The translations under genes were made by a program, and so were the position numbers. Positions 10,158 through 21,001 of a DNA stretch of 64,000 nt are shown one piece after another (positions within the stretch are counted from its first letter, which is position 1; each line of letters begins with the position of its first letter). The DNA comes from Myxococcota bacterium. Its GTDB lineage: Bacteria; Myxococcota_A; UBA9042; PHBI01; JBMYRH01. The stretch is taken from the NCBI GenBank assembly GCA_049602155.1, contig JBMYRH010000003.1, positions 301,871 to 365,870 of the forward strand. Direction: 5' to 3'. The notes under the pieces are model-generated. The model did not search any database. It saw only the letters and a program-made list of their open reading frames with translations, and was not told the DNA's origin.

Positions 10158-10355
10158 AGCGCGGCGAGCAAAGGCGTAGGCACTGAAACCCCATAGCCTC
10201 CTAAAAGCAGCCACTCAGCACGTCGTTTCGGCCGAAACTCCGCGCGCACGCGTAGGAAATATGGTCGGGGTGCACGGAGACAAGAGACGGCGGGAGGCCT
10301 GCCGTGCTACATTCTTACAGGGCATTCCGTAAAGACTCTCGCAGACGGGTTACGC

Positions 10356-13300
10356 GTGGCGTGTAGGGCGTTAATATCGCTGATTTTCTGTGTTGGACTT
10401 CTGATTCCAACGCGAGCGGTCCATGCGATCAACGTCCCGGTGAGCGCCTTCCTAGATCCGGCCGCTTGGACAGGTAACGCGAACGTTCCGATTCAGCTCC
10501 CGGCGAGCGTGGTCAACGTGATGGACGCGGTGCGCATCACAGACTTCAGCAGCAAAGGCTCGCCTGGCGCTTACACCGAGCTCGGCTTGAGCTGGAAAGG
10601 GCAAATCAAGCTGCCCATCCCGCTCCTCGGAGCGGGGCTTTACCTCGGCAAACCCGACCTGAACGGACACGCCCTCGGGACCCCCGCCGCGGAGAGCTCT
10701 GGCGTCGATAACGGCATACGGATGCGGTACGAATACGAAGAGAAGGGGGAAGAGGCGGACGGGCCTAAAGTGCTGAAATTCAGCGGTACCGAGGTCGACG
10801 GTGTGGTCATGACCTTCGAGTTGCCGGGCGCAGGTACCGGTCTGCTCACCAGGGAGGACAATGGCCTCCCTGCAGCCATCGAGGTCGTCGCGACCGAGGA
10901 CAACCCCATCCAAGCGACCACGGAGGGGGACTTCTTCGTCCCGAACCTGACCCTGCCCCGCACTTTGGTCGGGAATTCAGGAGTGGTCATCTCCGCCACG
11001 AACGTCGCGATCGACATGCACACCACGATCAGCCCGGATGGCGTCGATAACGACGGCTCCTGGCGCGGCGTTTTCTTGGGCTCGGTCGTCATCGACTTGC
11101 CCGACAACCTCGGCGGCATCGACGGCATCGAGGCCGAGAACTTCATCATTGAAGACGGTGGCGTGACCGGGACCGTGGACGTCAACTTCGACGGGGGCGG
11201 CATGGACGTCGGCGGCGGAATGACCGCCTCGTTGAACCAAGTCTGCGTGGCCTTCACCATCGACCCAGTGACCGGGGAACAGAAGGTCGACCTCTGCGGG
11301 GTTGGCGGTCAGATGGACCTCCCGAGTGATTACTTCTCCTGTATGGAGGACCCAGACGCCACGCTCCCTGTCGATCTCGCCTACGATCAAGGGGTGTTCA
11401 CCGGCATGCTGGACACCGAAAACCTGCCGGCCAACTGCCGCGAGTTAAGCTTTGGCTCCGATGCCGGGGGGGCCTTGGTCCTTGGAGAGACCGAGACCGC
11501 GACCGTGAACTGCGCCAGCTATGACATCACGGCCGAGAAGACCGCGCGCTTTATCCGCGTCGACGTCGTCACGAGCCCCGAATTCGAGATCACCCTGAGC
11601 GGCTTTGACGCCAGCACCGTCCCCGGAGAGCAGAACGAGCCCAACCTGAACAGCAGCGCCCCCATCGGCGTCTTCAAGCCATCAGCTGACAAGCTCAAGC
11701 CTATCTTGGACGACGCCCAAGGCAAGCCCGTCGATGGCATCGTGATGCCGGAGACCGTGGTCATAGGTGCCGAAGGTGTCTGCATCGGTTGCGGTGCCGG
11801 TGAGGGACTCTCAATGCCTCCGATGGAGGTCGGCTCAAGCGGCGTCGAAGTCTGCGCGGACCAGGTGGGCCTCGACTTCCACGAGGGGCTTAACAAGGCC
11901 GAGGATACCGTGAACGCCGGTGATGATGAGTGGATGGGGCTCTATGCGGCGTCCCTTGAGGTCACTGTCCCCTTTAAGAAGCAAGATGGCTCAAGCCTGA
12001 CGTTCGGCGCGACCCACATGTCCATCGGGAGCGGCGGAGTCTCGGGCAACTTCGTGGTCAACGCTGGCATCGATCCAGTCACCTTCGGGGGCTATGACGT
12101 CTCGCTGAGCGCCATCCAGATGAGCTTCGTGCACAACACGCCGACAGGCTTCGGTGTCTACGGCGACCTCAACGTGCCCTTCTTCGACGAGACCCTCGGC
12201 ATCAGCTTCGTCCTAGACGGACAGGGCGGCTGGCTCGCTCAGATCAGCGCGAGCGGCAACGGCGTCGACCTCTCGAAGAACCTCGGTCCGCTTGAGCTTC
12301 GATTATTGGTCCAGCGCATCGCCTTTGGGTGTGAGGCAGGCGACTGCGTGATCGCGCTCGACGCGACGACCGGTATCGGCTCCCCGGTCTTCGACACGGG
12401 CGATATCAACCTCCAGAACCTTCAGATCACCAGCGACGGCGAGGTCAAGCTTGACGGTGGATGGATGCAGTTCCCCGATCCCCGCATCATTAAGATCGCC
12501 GGCTTCGAGTATGAGCTGACCAAGTTCGGATTTGGCACCCGCGATGGCGCGAGTCCCCAGGAGGCCAGGCGCTGGGTCGGCCTTGGCGGAAACTTCCAGC
12601 TGCAAGACGTTCTACCGGTGACAATCGACGTCAACGAGATGAGCTTAAGCTGGGAGTACCAGGACGCCAGCGAGAACCCAGTCGCGTTCGCCAACCCGAA
12701 GCTTGAGATCGCCGACATCAAGCTCGGCATGGAGATCCCCAACGTCCTGAGCCTCGACGGTACGTTGCGCTTCTGCGAGGCCGGCAAGGTCGGCTGTGGA
12801 GACGGCACGACGGCGCTGGGAAGCAAGTGGTTTGAGGCCGCCGTGGACGTCAGACTCAAGCAGCCCGCCATCGAGCTCAAGGGGCAGCTCATGGTGGGCA
12901 AGAACCCAGGCGGCGCGGGTCTCGACCCATTCACGTTCTGGTACGCCCAGATCGACGCACAGCTGCCGTCGGGTATCCCCGTGCCGGCGACCGGGGTCTC
13001 CATCTATGGGTTCTCAGGGGGCTTCGGCAAAAACGTTGCGCTTAACGTGACTGATGCATTCCCGCGTCAACTCGACCTCGCTAACCCGGTCTCTCCGACC
13101 AGTGGGACCTTCGTCTTCATGGCGGGGGTCACCCTCGGCTCGGGGCACGACAACGGCTTCGTCATCAACACCGACGTCAAGCTCTTCGTCCAGATCCCAG
13201 GGCCCGTCATCGTCTTCAACGGGCAGGCCTGGGTCGCGACCGAACGCAACAAGCGTAAACTCCCGCCCTTGTTGACCGTCGACATCATCTTCGACGGCAT

Positions 13301-16300
13301 CAACAAGGAGTTCATCTTCAGCCTCGCGGCCCGCTATCAAAGCGGCGAAGGCAAAGACAACGTCGAGGAAAACGGCAAGATCGTCGACGCCTCGGGCAAC
13401 ATGGAGGTCTTCCTCTCTCAGACCGACTGGCACGTCTACTTGGGGACCAAGGCCCACCCGATCTCCGCGAAGATCGCCAAGGACCTCCTGGCGATCAACG
13501 CCGAGGCCTACGTGATGTTCGGCACTCAAGTGCCTTTTGATGCTGGAATTATGCCCGGCTTCCTCGTCGGCGCCGGGATCCATATGCAGAATTCAGGCGA
13601 AGCCCTCGGGGGCCTCGTCGGCTACGAATTCGGGCTCTACGCCCACGGCGAAATGGGCCTCCAGATGCAGCCTAAGCATGTGTTCGTCGTGGCCGGGATC
13701 GGGGGCAACGCGCGGGTCTGGGTCGGCCCTCTGAGCCTGGGGCTCGCGATCGACGCTATGCTCCGCGGTGAGACCCCCACACCGATGCTGCTCGACGCGA
13801 ACTTGGCCGTCGCGATCGAGCTCCCTTGGCCTTTCAAGGACATCTCGTTTGAGGTCGGTCTGCACTGGGAGAAGCCGTCTGATCCACCCGAATTCCCCAA
13901 GCCGCTTAAGGAGATCGTGTTCGAGAGCGAGGCGACCGGCCGCACGGTGCGCGCCTTCCCAGAGGACGGCGGGACACCTGATGTATGCCCGACGGGCACC
14001 ATCACCGACGTCCCCTTCGACGCTATCACCCAGCTGACCTTCAACCGCCGAATGGACTGCCGGGACGGAAGCTCGGTCCGCCCCTGCCCCGCCGGCACCG
14101 AGTCTAACTCGTACTTCCAAGACGAGACCGCAGGACATTATATCGCCAACCAGTTCACCGGGTGGAGCGTGACTCAAGCGGGTGGGGCCGCCGCAGACTT
14201 AACCCTCGTCGGCGGTTGGGGCGGCGCACTGGGCGCACCCGAGAGCGTCGGCACGACCGCCCAACGCCGCTATGAGACCTTCTCATTCCGCCCGACACAC
14301 TTCGCCTTCGAGGAGTGCCCAGGAGAGTGGAGCAACGCGACTGATCCTGATCAGTGCACGACGACCACCGTCCCTAACGGCGAGTGTCGGGTGCTGAGCA
14401 AGACCGCCGCTTGTGTCCAAGGGGGTGCGGGGTGTCACGGTCGCCTTTACGGTCAGACCAACCTCGTCGGTGACAAGGACCAGTTCAAACACAGCTCCTC
14501 TGACGCCGCCCAACCTGGACCGGGCTGGGTCGCGAGCCCCGTCACGAACCGACCCGCAGACATGGACAGCCTGACACCGGAAGCACACCGCACATGGAAG
14601 CACACCGTCGACCTACCGCCGAACGCTTGCCTCGCCGAGGCCAAGCTGGTCCTGAAGTGGAAGCGCGTCGGCCAGCAGCTACAGTGCGCACCGTGCGCCA
14701 ACCTGCCGGGTTCGCCGAGTCGACCGACCGAGACCCTCTCATTTGCAAGCGCATCCAAGGGGCAGCGGGACTTCGACTTCTGTACCGAGGCCTTCACCGG
14801 GGCGATGTTTGGCGATTGCACTCCATCCGGCGACGGCTACATCGGCGCGCTGGAGGGCCAGGCGACCCTGGACCTGGCTGACTTCCCAGAGGTCCTCGAC
14901 ATGGTCGAAGACGGTCAGCTGACCGTCAGCATCGCTGGCAACACCGCCATCGATTTTGCCGAGCTCGTCGTCAGCTATCAGATGAGCAGCGGTGGACAAG
15001 CCGCCACCTTCACTGGGCGGTACAACTCCAATCACCAGTCAGCGATCTACTACGCCCTCGGTGACCAGCTCGTGACCTTGGGGCAGGGGCAGATGCTCTA
15101 CAACCCCCCCGAGTGCCTCGCGGCCGGCGCACAGGAGGACGTCTGCTGCACCGCGCCGCTGAACCCCATCGCCTGTGAGGGCCCCAACGGCGACTGGTTG
15201 GTGACCGGCTACCACGTGAACGCCGCGGGCGACCTCTTCCAGATGGGCATGGGTGATCCGGTTCCGACCAACCCCGTCGGGAGCTGCGCGACCCTCGACG
15301 ACGCGATGATCGCGCCTTGTCCATCGAACGACCAAGCGCTGTGCCCATCGCTCGGCTCGGGCCCAAAGACCTTCTGCACGCTCTATGACGGCACGGCGGT
15401 CGCCCCCTCAACCGTGACCACCACCCCGGACTGCAGCAACGACGACGGGACTGGGCCGGAGTACTTGCCAGGCGCCCCGTTCTGCCCCGCCACGACGTAC
15501 GAGCTGAACCTCGTGATGAACCAAGACACGACCCCTGTCGATGGCGGCAGCACGTCGTCATCGGGCCAAACCTGCACGGTCACCTACCAGATCGAGGACC
15601 CACCCGAGGCGCTCTCGCCTTACGTCGCTTGGACCTACCCCGCGGACGCCCAGCGCGTCGTCTACACCGCCAACGACCTGATGGTGCAGTTCAATTCAGG
15701 CGTCATCTGTGAGCTCTACAGCTGCTGCTCAGGGGCGCCACTTGCGATCGAGCTCCGGAGCGCTGACGCGGTGTTGCCCACTGACGTCACCCCGGGTCAG
15801 CTCTACAGCGTCGGGTGCAACGAGGTGTCTGATATCACTGCGCTCTTCGACGATCCCAACGACTGGGAGCCCGTCGGTCAACAAGACGACTTCCTCATCT
15901 TCACCCCAGGTGAGATGCGTGACCTCGGCGCGGATTCCAGCCACTGCGTGGCCGGGACTTGTGTCTGTGACCCGGGCTACAGCCCAACTGTCGACGGCGA
16001 CTGTGTCGACATCGACGAATGTGCCACCGCCAACGGCGGATGTGGCGACCCGGCGCTCTACAGCTGTACAAACACCCTGGGCAGCTTTGAGTGCGCTGAC
16101 GTGGATGACTGTCAACAGAGCAGTGTGTGCCTCGATCCAGCCGACTGCGTCTTGTCCAACGGGGGATGCCCAAAGAACACCACCTGTCACAACCAGGTCG
16201 GCGCGCCGCGGACCTGCAGCTGCGAGAACGGGTTCGAGCTGAACCCCTCGGGAGACTGCGTGCCTGTGACTGGCTGTGAGACCACCACATGCCCGACAGG

Positions 16301-17306
16301 GAGCTACTGCGTGACCCCAGCCCAGCCTTGCACTGCGACCGACTGCAGCGATCCTGCCCTCGGCTGCGTGACGATCAATGTGCCGTGCGAGATCGGCGAG
16401 TGCGTCTGCGCGCCAGGGTGGGCCACCAACAGCGAGGGCGGCTGTGACGACGTAGACGAGTGCGCGACAGGCAATGGTGGCTGCGGCGATCCGCTCTACT
16501 ACAGCTGCACCAACACCCCTGGGAGCGTCCTCTGCGCCGACATCGATGAGTGTGAGGTCAATCACGGCGGCTGCGACCCCGCCGCATGGTGCACCAACGT
16601 CGATGGGGCTGCGGCGACCTGCGCCTGTAAACCCGGCTACGATTCAGACGGGCTCGGCGGATGCGTCGTCAACGCCACGTGCGCAGGGGTGGTCTGCGGC
16701 GACACCGCACCGCCGAATGAGCACTTTACCCTCGCGGCGCTGGCGGCGAACACGAAGTACTTCATGGCGATGCCCAACCCCCTGGGGACCAGCTCAGACG
16801 CCCCCCTCCTTGAGACGAGCTTCGTCACCAGTCAGTTCGAGACCTTCACCGAAGCGCTAGAGAGCGCTCTCGCGGTCGCCTCTTCGGACAGCACGCACAT
16901 CACGCTGACCACCCCCGAGGCGCTAGACTGGCTGCACACCAGTGCGGTCCTGGACCCTGACGGGACCGAGAACACCGGCGACGAGATCGACCTGGACCGC
17001 CTCCGATTGTCCGAGGACACCGACTCCATCCACGTCTTCGAGTTGGCGAGCGCCTCCGCCGCAGCTGGAGGCACCCTCCGCCTGACTTACCACAGCCGCC
17101 CACACGGGCGCTGCACCTGCACCGATGACGTCGACTGCCCCGGGGAAGGACGCTGCATCAGCGGCGTTTGCCAGGCAGGCCACATCTGCGATGAGGACCT
17201 TGAGTGCCCTGCGTCAGGCACCTGTGATCTCAGCGGCCCGGTAGTTCGTCGAGGCGGCACGGTGATCTCCGAGGACGTCAACCTGGTGCTGGAGGACGAG
17301 CTATGA
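10356..17306 (+). CDS. Giant secreted protein A (2316 aa): beta-rich core plus C-terminal cbEGF-like/Cys-rich region
   Basis: GTG start followed by signal peptide ACRALISLIFCVGLLIPTRAVHA. Uninterrupted 6.95-kb ORF with high GC3. Core motifs are shared with protein E (29799-34322). cbEGF-like DIDECATANGGCGD..YSCTNT.GS..C modules lie near 15945-16680. Confidence 0.85.
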   Translation: MACRALISLIFCVGLLIPTRAVHAINVPVSAFLDPAAWTGNANVPIQLPASVVNVMDAVRITDFSSKGSPGAYTELGLSWKGQIKLPIPLLGAGLYLGKPDLNGHALGTPAAESSGVDNGIRMRYEYEEKGEEADGPKVLKFSGTEVDGVVMTFELPGAGTGLLTREDNGLPAAIEVVATEDNPIQATTEGDFFVPNLTLPRTLVGNSGVVISATNVAIDMHTTISPDGVDNDGSWRGVFLGSVVIDLPDNLGGIDGIEAENFIIEDGGVTGTVDVNFDGGGMDVGGGMTASLNQVCVAFTIDPVTGEQKVDLCGVGGQMDLPSDYFSCMEDPDATLPVDLAYDQGVFTGMLDTENLPANCRELSFGSDAGGALVLGETETATVNCASYDITAEKTARFIRVDVVTSPEFEITLSGFDASTVPGEQNEPNLNSSAPIGVFKPSADKLKPILDDAQGKPVDGIVMPETVVIGAEGVCIGCGAGEGLSMPPMEVGSSGVEVCADQVGLDFHEGLNKAEDTVNAGDDEWMGLYAASLEVTVPFKKQDGSSLTFGATHMSIGSGGVSGNFVVNAGIDPVTFGGYDVSLSAIQMSFVHNTPTGFGVYGDLNVPFFDETLGISFVLDGQGGWLAQISASGNGVDLSKNLGPLELRLLVQRIAFGCEAGDCVIALDATTGIGSPVFDTGDINLQNLQITSDGEVKLDGGWMQFPDPRIIKIAGFEYELTKFGFGTRDGASPQEARRWVGLGGNFQLQDVLPVTIDVNEMSLSWEYQDASENPVAFANPKLEIADIKLGMEIPNVLSLDGTLRFCEAGKVGCGDGTTALGSKWFEAAVDVRLKQPAIELKGQLMVGKNPGGAGLDPFTFWYAQIDAQLPSGIPVPATGVSIYGFSGGFGKNVALNVTDAFPRQLDLANPVSPTSGTFVFMAGVTLGSGHDNGFVINTDVKLFVQIPGPVIVFNGQAWVATERNKRKLPPLLTVDIIFDGINKEFIFSLAARYQSGEGKDNVEENGKIVDASGNMEVFLSQTDWHVYLGTKAHPISAKIAKDLLAINAEAYVMFGTQVPFDAGIMPGFLVGAGIHMQNSGEALGGLVGYEFGLYAHGEMGLQMQPKHVFVVAGIGGNARVWVGPLSLGLAIDAMLRGETPTPMLLDANLAVAIELPWPFKDISFEVGLHWEKPSDPPEFPKPLKEIVFESEATGRTVRAFPEDGGTPDVCPTGTITDVPFDAITQLTFNRRMDCRDGSSVRPCPAGTESNSYFQDETAGHYIANQFTGWSVTQAGGAAADLTLVGGWGGALGAPESVGTTAQRRYETFSFRPTHFAFEECPGEWSNATDPDQCTTTTVPNGECRVLSKTAACVQGGAGCHGRLYGQTNLVGDKDQFKHSSSDAAQPGPGWVASPVTNRPADMDSLTPEAHRTWKHTVDLPPNACLAEAKLVLKWKRVGQQLQCAPCANLPGSPSRPTETLSFASASKGQRDFDFCTEAFTGAMFGDCTPSGDGYIGALEGQATLDLADFPEVLDMVEDGQLTVSIAGNTAIDFAELVVSYQMSSGGQAATFTGRYNSNHQSAIYYALGDQLVTLGQGQMLYNPPECLAAGAQEDVCCTAPLNPIACEGPNGDWLVTGYHVNAAGDLFQMGMGDPVPTNPVGSCATLDDAMIAPCPSNDQALCPSLGSGPKTFCTLYDGTAVAPSTVTTTPDCSNDDGTGPEYLPGAPFCPATTYELNLVMNQDTTPVDGGSTSSSGQTCTVTYQIEDPPEALSPYVAWTYPADAQRVVYTANDLMVQFNSGVICELYSCCSGAPLAIELRSADAVLPTDVTPGQLYSVGCNEVSDITALFDDPNDWEPVGQQDDFLIFTPGEMRDLGADSSHCVAGTCVCDPGYSPTVDGDCVDIDECATANGGCGDPALYSCTNTLGSFECADVDDCQQSSVCLDPADCVLSNGGCPKNTTCHNQVGAPRTCSCENGFELNPSGDCVPVTGCETTTCPTGSYCVTPAQPCTATDCSDPALGCVTINVPCEIGECVCAPGWATNSEGGCDDVDECATGNGGCGDPLYYSCTNTPGSVLCADIDECEVNHGGCDPAAWCTNVDGAAATCACKPGYDSDGLGGCVVNATCAGVVCGDTAPPNEHFTLAALAANTKYFMAMPNPLGTSSDAPLLETSFVTSQFETFTEALESALAVASSDSTHITLTTPEALDWLHTSAVLDPDGTENTGDEIDLDRLRLSEDTDSIHVFELASASAAAGGTLRLTYHSRPHGRCTCTDDVDCPGEGRCISGVCQAGHICDEDLECPASGTCDLSGPVVRRGGTVISEDVNLVLEDEL

Positions 17307-20300
17307 TCCTCAGCTTCAAACCCACCTCTTGGCCCCTGCTCCTGCTCGTCACCGTGATGACGCTGTCAGGGCTCTTCGTCTTCTACGAGCGCCCCGCCGA
17401 GACGGCCCCAGACCTGAGCCAAGTCGTCCCGGAACCACAGACTCCACCGCTGGCCCTCGTCGGCGTGCGGGACATCGCTCCCCCAGGCGCCCCTGCCCAG
17501 GTCGCACCGCTGCCCCCGCTGCGACGCACCTACACCCCAGACTGCGGCGCCACCGCAGCGAGCACCCAGAACTTGGCGCCGCACAACCTGCTCCGTTGGG
17601 CCTTTGAGCCGGATCTCGGGTTCCCTACTGAGGGCTATGATCTCTACCGCTGTTGTGGCGTCGAAGCGGCACCGCCACCCGGCGATCCCGGCTGGACGAA
17701 GCTCAACAAAGACCGGATCCGCCCGCCGCAAACCCACGCCGAAGGGCAGGTCTTTGTCTCTGGCATCGGCCTGCTTCCGGACGGCACACGGAACGTGATC
17801 GGCCCACGCATCACCGCGACGGAGTGGACGACATACTGCAACGTACTCGAGCAAACCACGGGGCTTCCGAGCGACTGCCCACCGCCCCCGCCTCCTGGCG
17901 CGGTCGACCCGACGGCCCAGACCTTCGAGGTAAGCCAAGACCCGGCCAGCTTCCTGCTCCTCGCCTCGATGAAGCCCGAGATCGCGACACTGCTCGGCCT
18001 CTATTGGGTCGATGACAAGCTCGAGTCCCCAAGCTGTATCTACCGCGTCGTCGGCCATTGGAGTGGCGGCATCGCGCATGAGTCGGTCACCGGCCCCCTC
18101 ATCGAGGCCCCGCTCTCTCCCCCGAACGGCTTGGCGGCTGAGCAGACGCCTCAGCCCGGCAGCTTCTCCTGTGAGGCTTTAGGGGGACCGACGCAGGCTG
18201 CAGGGAATCCAAACGTCGCGATGAACCTGACCTGGAACCTCCCCGTGGTCCAGTCGATGGTGGCCGCCGCGGACAGCCCCATCATGTACAACGTCTGCCG
18301 CGAGGCGCCTGGGGACGGGAACCTAGTTCAGATCTCTCGCGCGACCTATGACGACGGCACCGGCCCTCAGCTGGTCGAGAGCCCGATGATCGTGCCCCGG
18401 GTCCCGAGCTTCGACGGGCAAGGCAACCCCCTGCTGACTCCCTCGGGGGACCCGCTGATGGTCCTGCCGGACGTCTTCTACACCGATCACCTCGACGATG
18501 ACCCTCTGGCGATCGGCGCTTACACTTACGCGATCACCGGCCTCGACATCTTTGGTCGAGAGAGCCTGCCATCCCCTCCGGTGCAGCTGCCGCTCATCGA
18601 CCCCATCGGCCCGCCAAGTCCAGTCAACGTCAAAGCTCAGACGGTGCAGCCGCCGACCTCGTTGACCGCTGACGTGGAGCTCTCCTTTGACTGGACGGCC
18701 ATGGAGGCCGAGGCCGCCCCAGACGCCGCGGCCTTCAAGGTCTTCCGGCGCGTCGACACCCCAGACCTGACGATGAACGGCCAATGCCCGATCATGCCTC
18801 AAGACGACCCCGCCAACTGGGAGCTTGTCGCGACCATCCCGGTCGGCGCCTATGCCCACCTGTACAACAGCTACAACCCCCTCCCTGTCGATGAGCAGCC
18901 AGCGCTGAACCCCGTCTTACCTGTGCAGCGCTACGCGCTAACCGACACCCTGACGCTCCCCGCCGGACCGCCAGTGCGTCACTTCTTCTACCGAGTGGTC
19001 GCCTACGACGCGCCGAGTCAGAACCCAGGGCCACCGTCTGGAGCGGTCAACGGTCACGTCGTCGATATGGCCCCCGCGGTCCCACCCGACGACGTGACCC
19101 CCATCTACTCCTATTCCGAGTGGGACAGCTCCGTGCAAGTCCACCTTTTGTGGTCAGCCGGCGCGACCACCGGTAGCGACCCGATGGGTTATAAAGTGAT
19201 GCGCAGCTTGCGGGCGCTGGCGTGTGCGACGAGCAGCCAGTGCCCCAAAGATTGCGATCAAGACGGCTGTGTCCCCACGCCATGTCACCCATCAGGCTTC
19301 TGTGGCGACGGCCCTGACCTCGGCCCGACAGGTCACCGACAGGAGGACCGAGAGGCGATGCTCACCAATGGTGTCGAGCCCTACAACGCCACGGGGAGCT
19401 TAGAGGTCCTAGGGAAACTCCGCGCCTTGGCGGTCCTCGGCAACCTCTTCTACAGGGATCCCGCCACGGGCGCGCGCGTGAACGTCGCGCCGTCCTGTGC
19501 CACCGGTGACCAGAGCGCGTGTTCGGCGGAGCTCGCTACAGCCATCGATGGACGCACCCAATATCACCAGGACACGATCCCCGCGGACGCCTCTGGGCAA
19601 GTCTTCTTCTACCGCGTCATGGCTGTGAGCCGCGCCGGACTCCAAGAGAGCGAGGACACGGTGGCGAGCACCGTCTCAGCGCCCTTCTCGATTCAAGCTC
19701 CCGACTTTATCGCCCCGACGCGCCCTGAGCTGGTGGGCGCCATCGCCGACGGGGTGACCGGCGGCGCCGTCTCGATTCAATGGGCGGTCGGCCCCGAGTC
19801 AGACACCCTCGTCGCCGGGGCAGGCTACACGGTCGAGCGCGCCGACGTCGGCTGGGCGCGCTGTGAGAATCAGCGTGCGGTCTGCTGCGAGCTCACCAGC
19901 GGCACCGGCTCTACGTTCCATTGGCTAGAGCGGGGCGCCTGCGCCAGCCAAGGTGGGCAGCGCTTGGACACCCCCGCCACCGTCCAGGTCTTCAAAGAGA
20001 TCACGAACACCGGGGTCATCTTGACCATCAACGATCCCGCTGACGCCGCTGCGACAAGCGAGGTCATCATCGCCAACGAGCTCGGCGGCTTCTGCGTCCC
20101 CGAGGTCCCGGTCTGCTGCGAGCTCCCCGCGAGCCCCTACCCTGACTACCTGATGAGTGACGCCGCGATGTGCAACACCCTCGGCGGAAGCCCGTGGAAG
20201 CCGCTCACTGTGGGCAACAGCGGGACCTATACCCTGGATGACCTCGCCCCCGGTCGCTGCTACCGGGTTGATGTGGTGCCCGCCGGGCTCAAGCCCGACC

Positions 20301-21001
20301 CAAGCCGGGTCATCCAAACCGCCTACTTGCTCGGTGGCGCCCCTGGGACCATCACGTGGCGGCCCCCTGGTGACCTCAACCAAGTGGCGCTCATCGTCCG
20401 ACATGACGCCCTGAGCACGGTCAACACCTCGACGCTTATTCGGCCGAATCCGACCCCCCAAGTCATCGATGGCTACGACGTGGTCACACTGAACCCTGGG
20501 GCGCCGGACGAGCGCCTAAGCCTGCGCGACACGCCCCCGATCGACGCCCACGACTACTGCTACGCCCTGAAGGTGAGTGACGCGGCAGGCAACACCTCGC
20601 CCTACTCCGTGCCGCTCGTGGGTCGCTCTGTGGACATGACGCCGCCGGCGCCGCCAACCAACCTGGCCGTTGCCCGGGACAGCGGTGTCGCTACGCTGTC
20701 TTGGGGACACGACGAATCCCCGGTGCGGGTCCGCGTGAAGCGCAGCACCGCAGGCCCCAACGGGCCCTGGGTCACCTTGGACAAGGCCGCGGTAGCCATC
20801 GAGGTCGGCGACGGCAGCATCACGGCGCTCCCGCCCGAGAACTTCGAGCACTGGATCGATGGCGCGGGCTATGGCTACAGGTACAGAGATATGAGTGCTG
20901 AGCTGGGGCGTGAGTATTGGTATCGCGTTCAGATCTACGACGCGACCGGCCTCAAGTCCGGGCGTGATGACGGCAAAGTACTCTTGGGGGCAAGCGACTG
21001 A
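17303..21001 (+). CDS. Membrane-anchored FN3-repeat protein B (1232 aa)
   Basis: ATGA overlap with the A stop. N-terminal TM WPLLLLVTVMTLSGLFVFY. FN3-like units (e.g. PPAPPTNLAVARDSGVATLSWGHDESPVRVRVKRS...YWYRVQIYD). N-terminal pattern resembles protein F. Confidence 0.8.
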   Translation: MILSFKPTSWPLLLLVTVMTLSGLFVFYERPAETAPDLSQVVPEPQTPPLALVGVRDIAPPGAPAQVAPLPPLRRTYTPDCGATAASTQNLAPHNLLRWAFEPDLGFPTEGYDLYRCCGVEAAPPPGDPGWTKLNKDRIRPPQTHAEGQVFVSGIGLLPDGTRNVIGPRITATEWTTYCNVLEQTTGLPSDCPPPPPPGAVDPTAQTFEVSQDPASFLLLASMKPEIATLLGLYWVDDKLESPSCIYRVVGHWSGGIAHESVTGPLIEAPLSPPNGLAAEQTPQPGSFSCEALGGPTQAAGNPNVAMNLTWNLPVVQSMVAAADSPIMYNVCREAPGDGNLVQISRATYDDGTGPQLVESPMIVPRVPSFDGQGNPLLTPSGDPLMVLPDVFYTDHLDDDPLAIGAYTYAITGLDIFGRESLPSPPVQLPLIDPIGPPSPVNVKAQTVQPPTSLTADVELSFDWTAMEAEAAPDAAAFKVFRRVDTPDLTMNGQCPIMPQDDPANWELVATIPVGAYAHLYNSYNPLPVDEQPALNPVLPVQRYALTDTLTLPAGPPVRHFFYRVVAYDAPSQNPGPPSGAVNGHVVDMAPAVPPDDVTPIYSYSEWDSSVQVHLLWSAGATTGSDPMGYKVMRSLRALACATSSQCPKDCDQDGCVPTPCHPSGFCGDGPDLGPTGHRQEDREAMLTNGVEPYNATGSLEVLGKLRALAVLGNLFYRDPATGARVNVAPSCATGDQSACSAELATAIDGRTQYHQDTIPADASGQVFFYRVMAVSRAGLQESEDTVASTVSAPFSIQAPDFIAPTRPELVGAIADGVTGGAVSIQWAVGPESDTLVAGAGYTVERADVGWARCENQRAVCCELTSGTGSTFHWLERGACASQGGQRLDTPATVQVFKEITNTGVILTINDPADAAATSEVIIANELGGFCVPEVPVCCELPASPYPDYLMSDAAMCNTLGGSPWKPLTVGNSGTYTLDDLAPGRCYRVDVVPAGLKPDPSRVIQTAYLLGGAPGTITWRPPGDLNQVALIVRHDALSTVNTSTLIRPNPTPQVIDGYDVVTLNPGAPDERLSLRDTPPIDAHDYCYALKVSDAAGNTSPYSVPLVGRSVDMTPPAPPTNLAVARDSGVATLSWGHDESPVRVRVKRSTAGPNGPWVTLDKAAVAIEVGDGSITALPPENFEHWIDGAGYGYRYRDMSAELGREYWYRVQIYDATGLKSGRDDGKVLLGASD

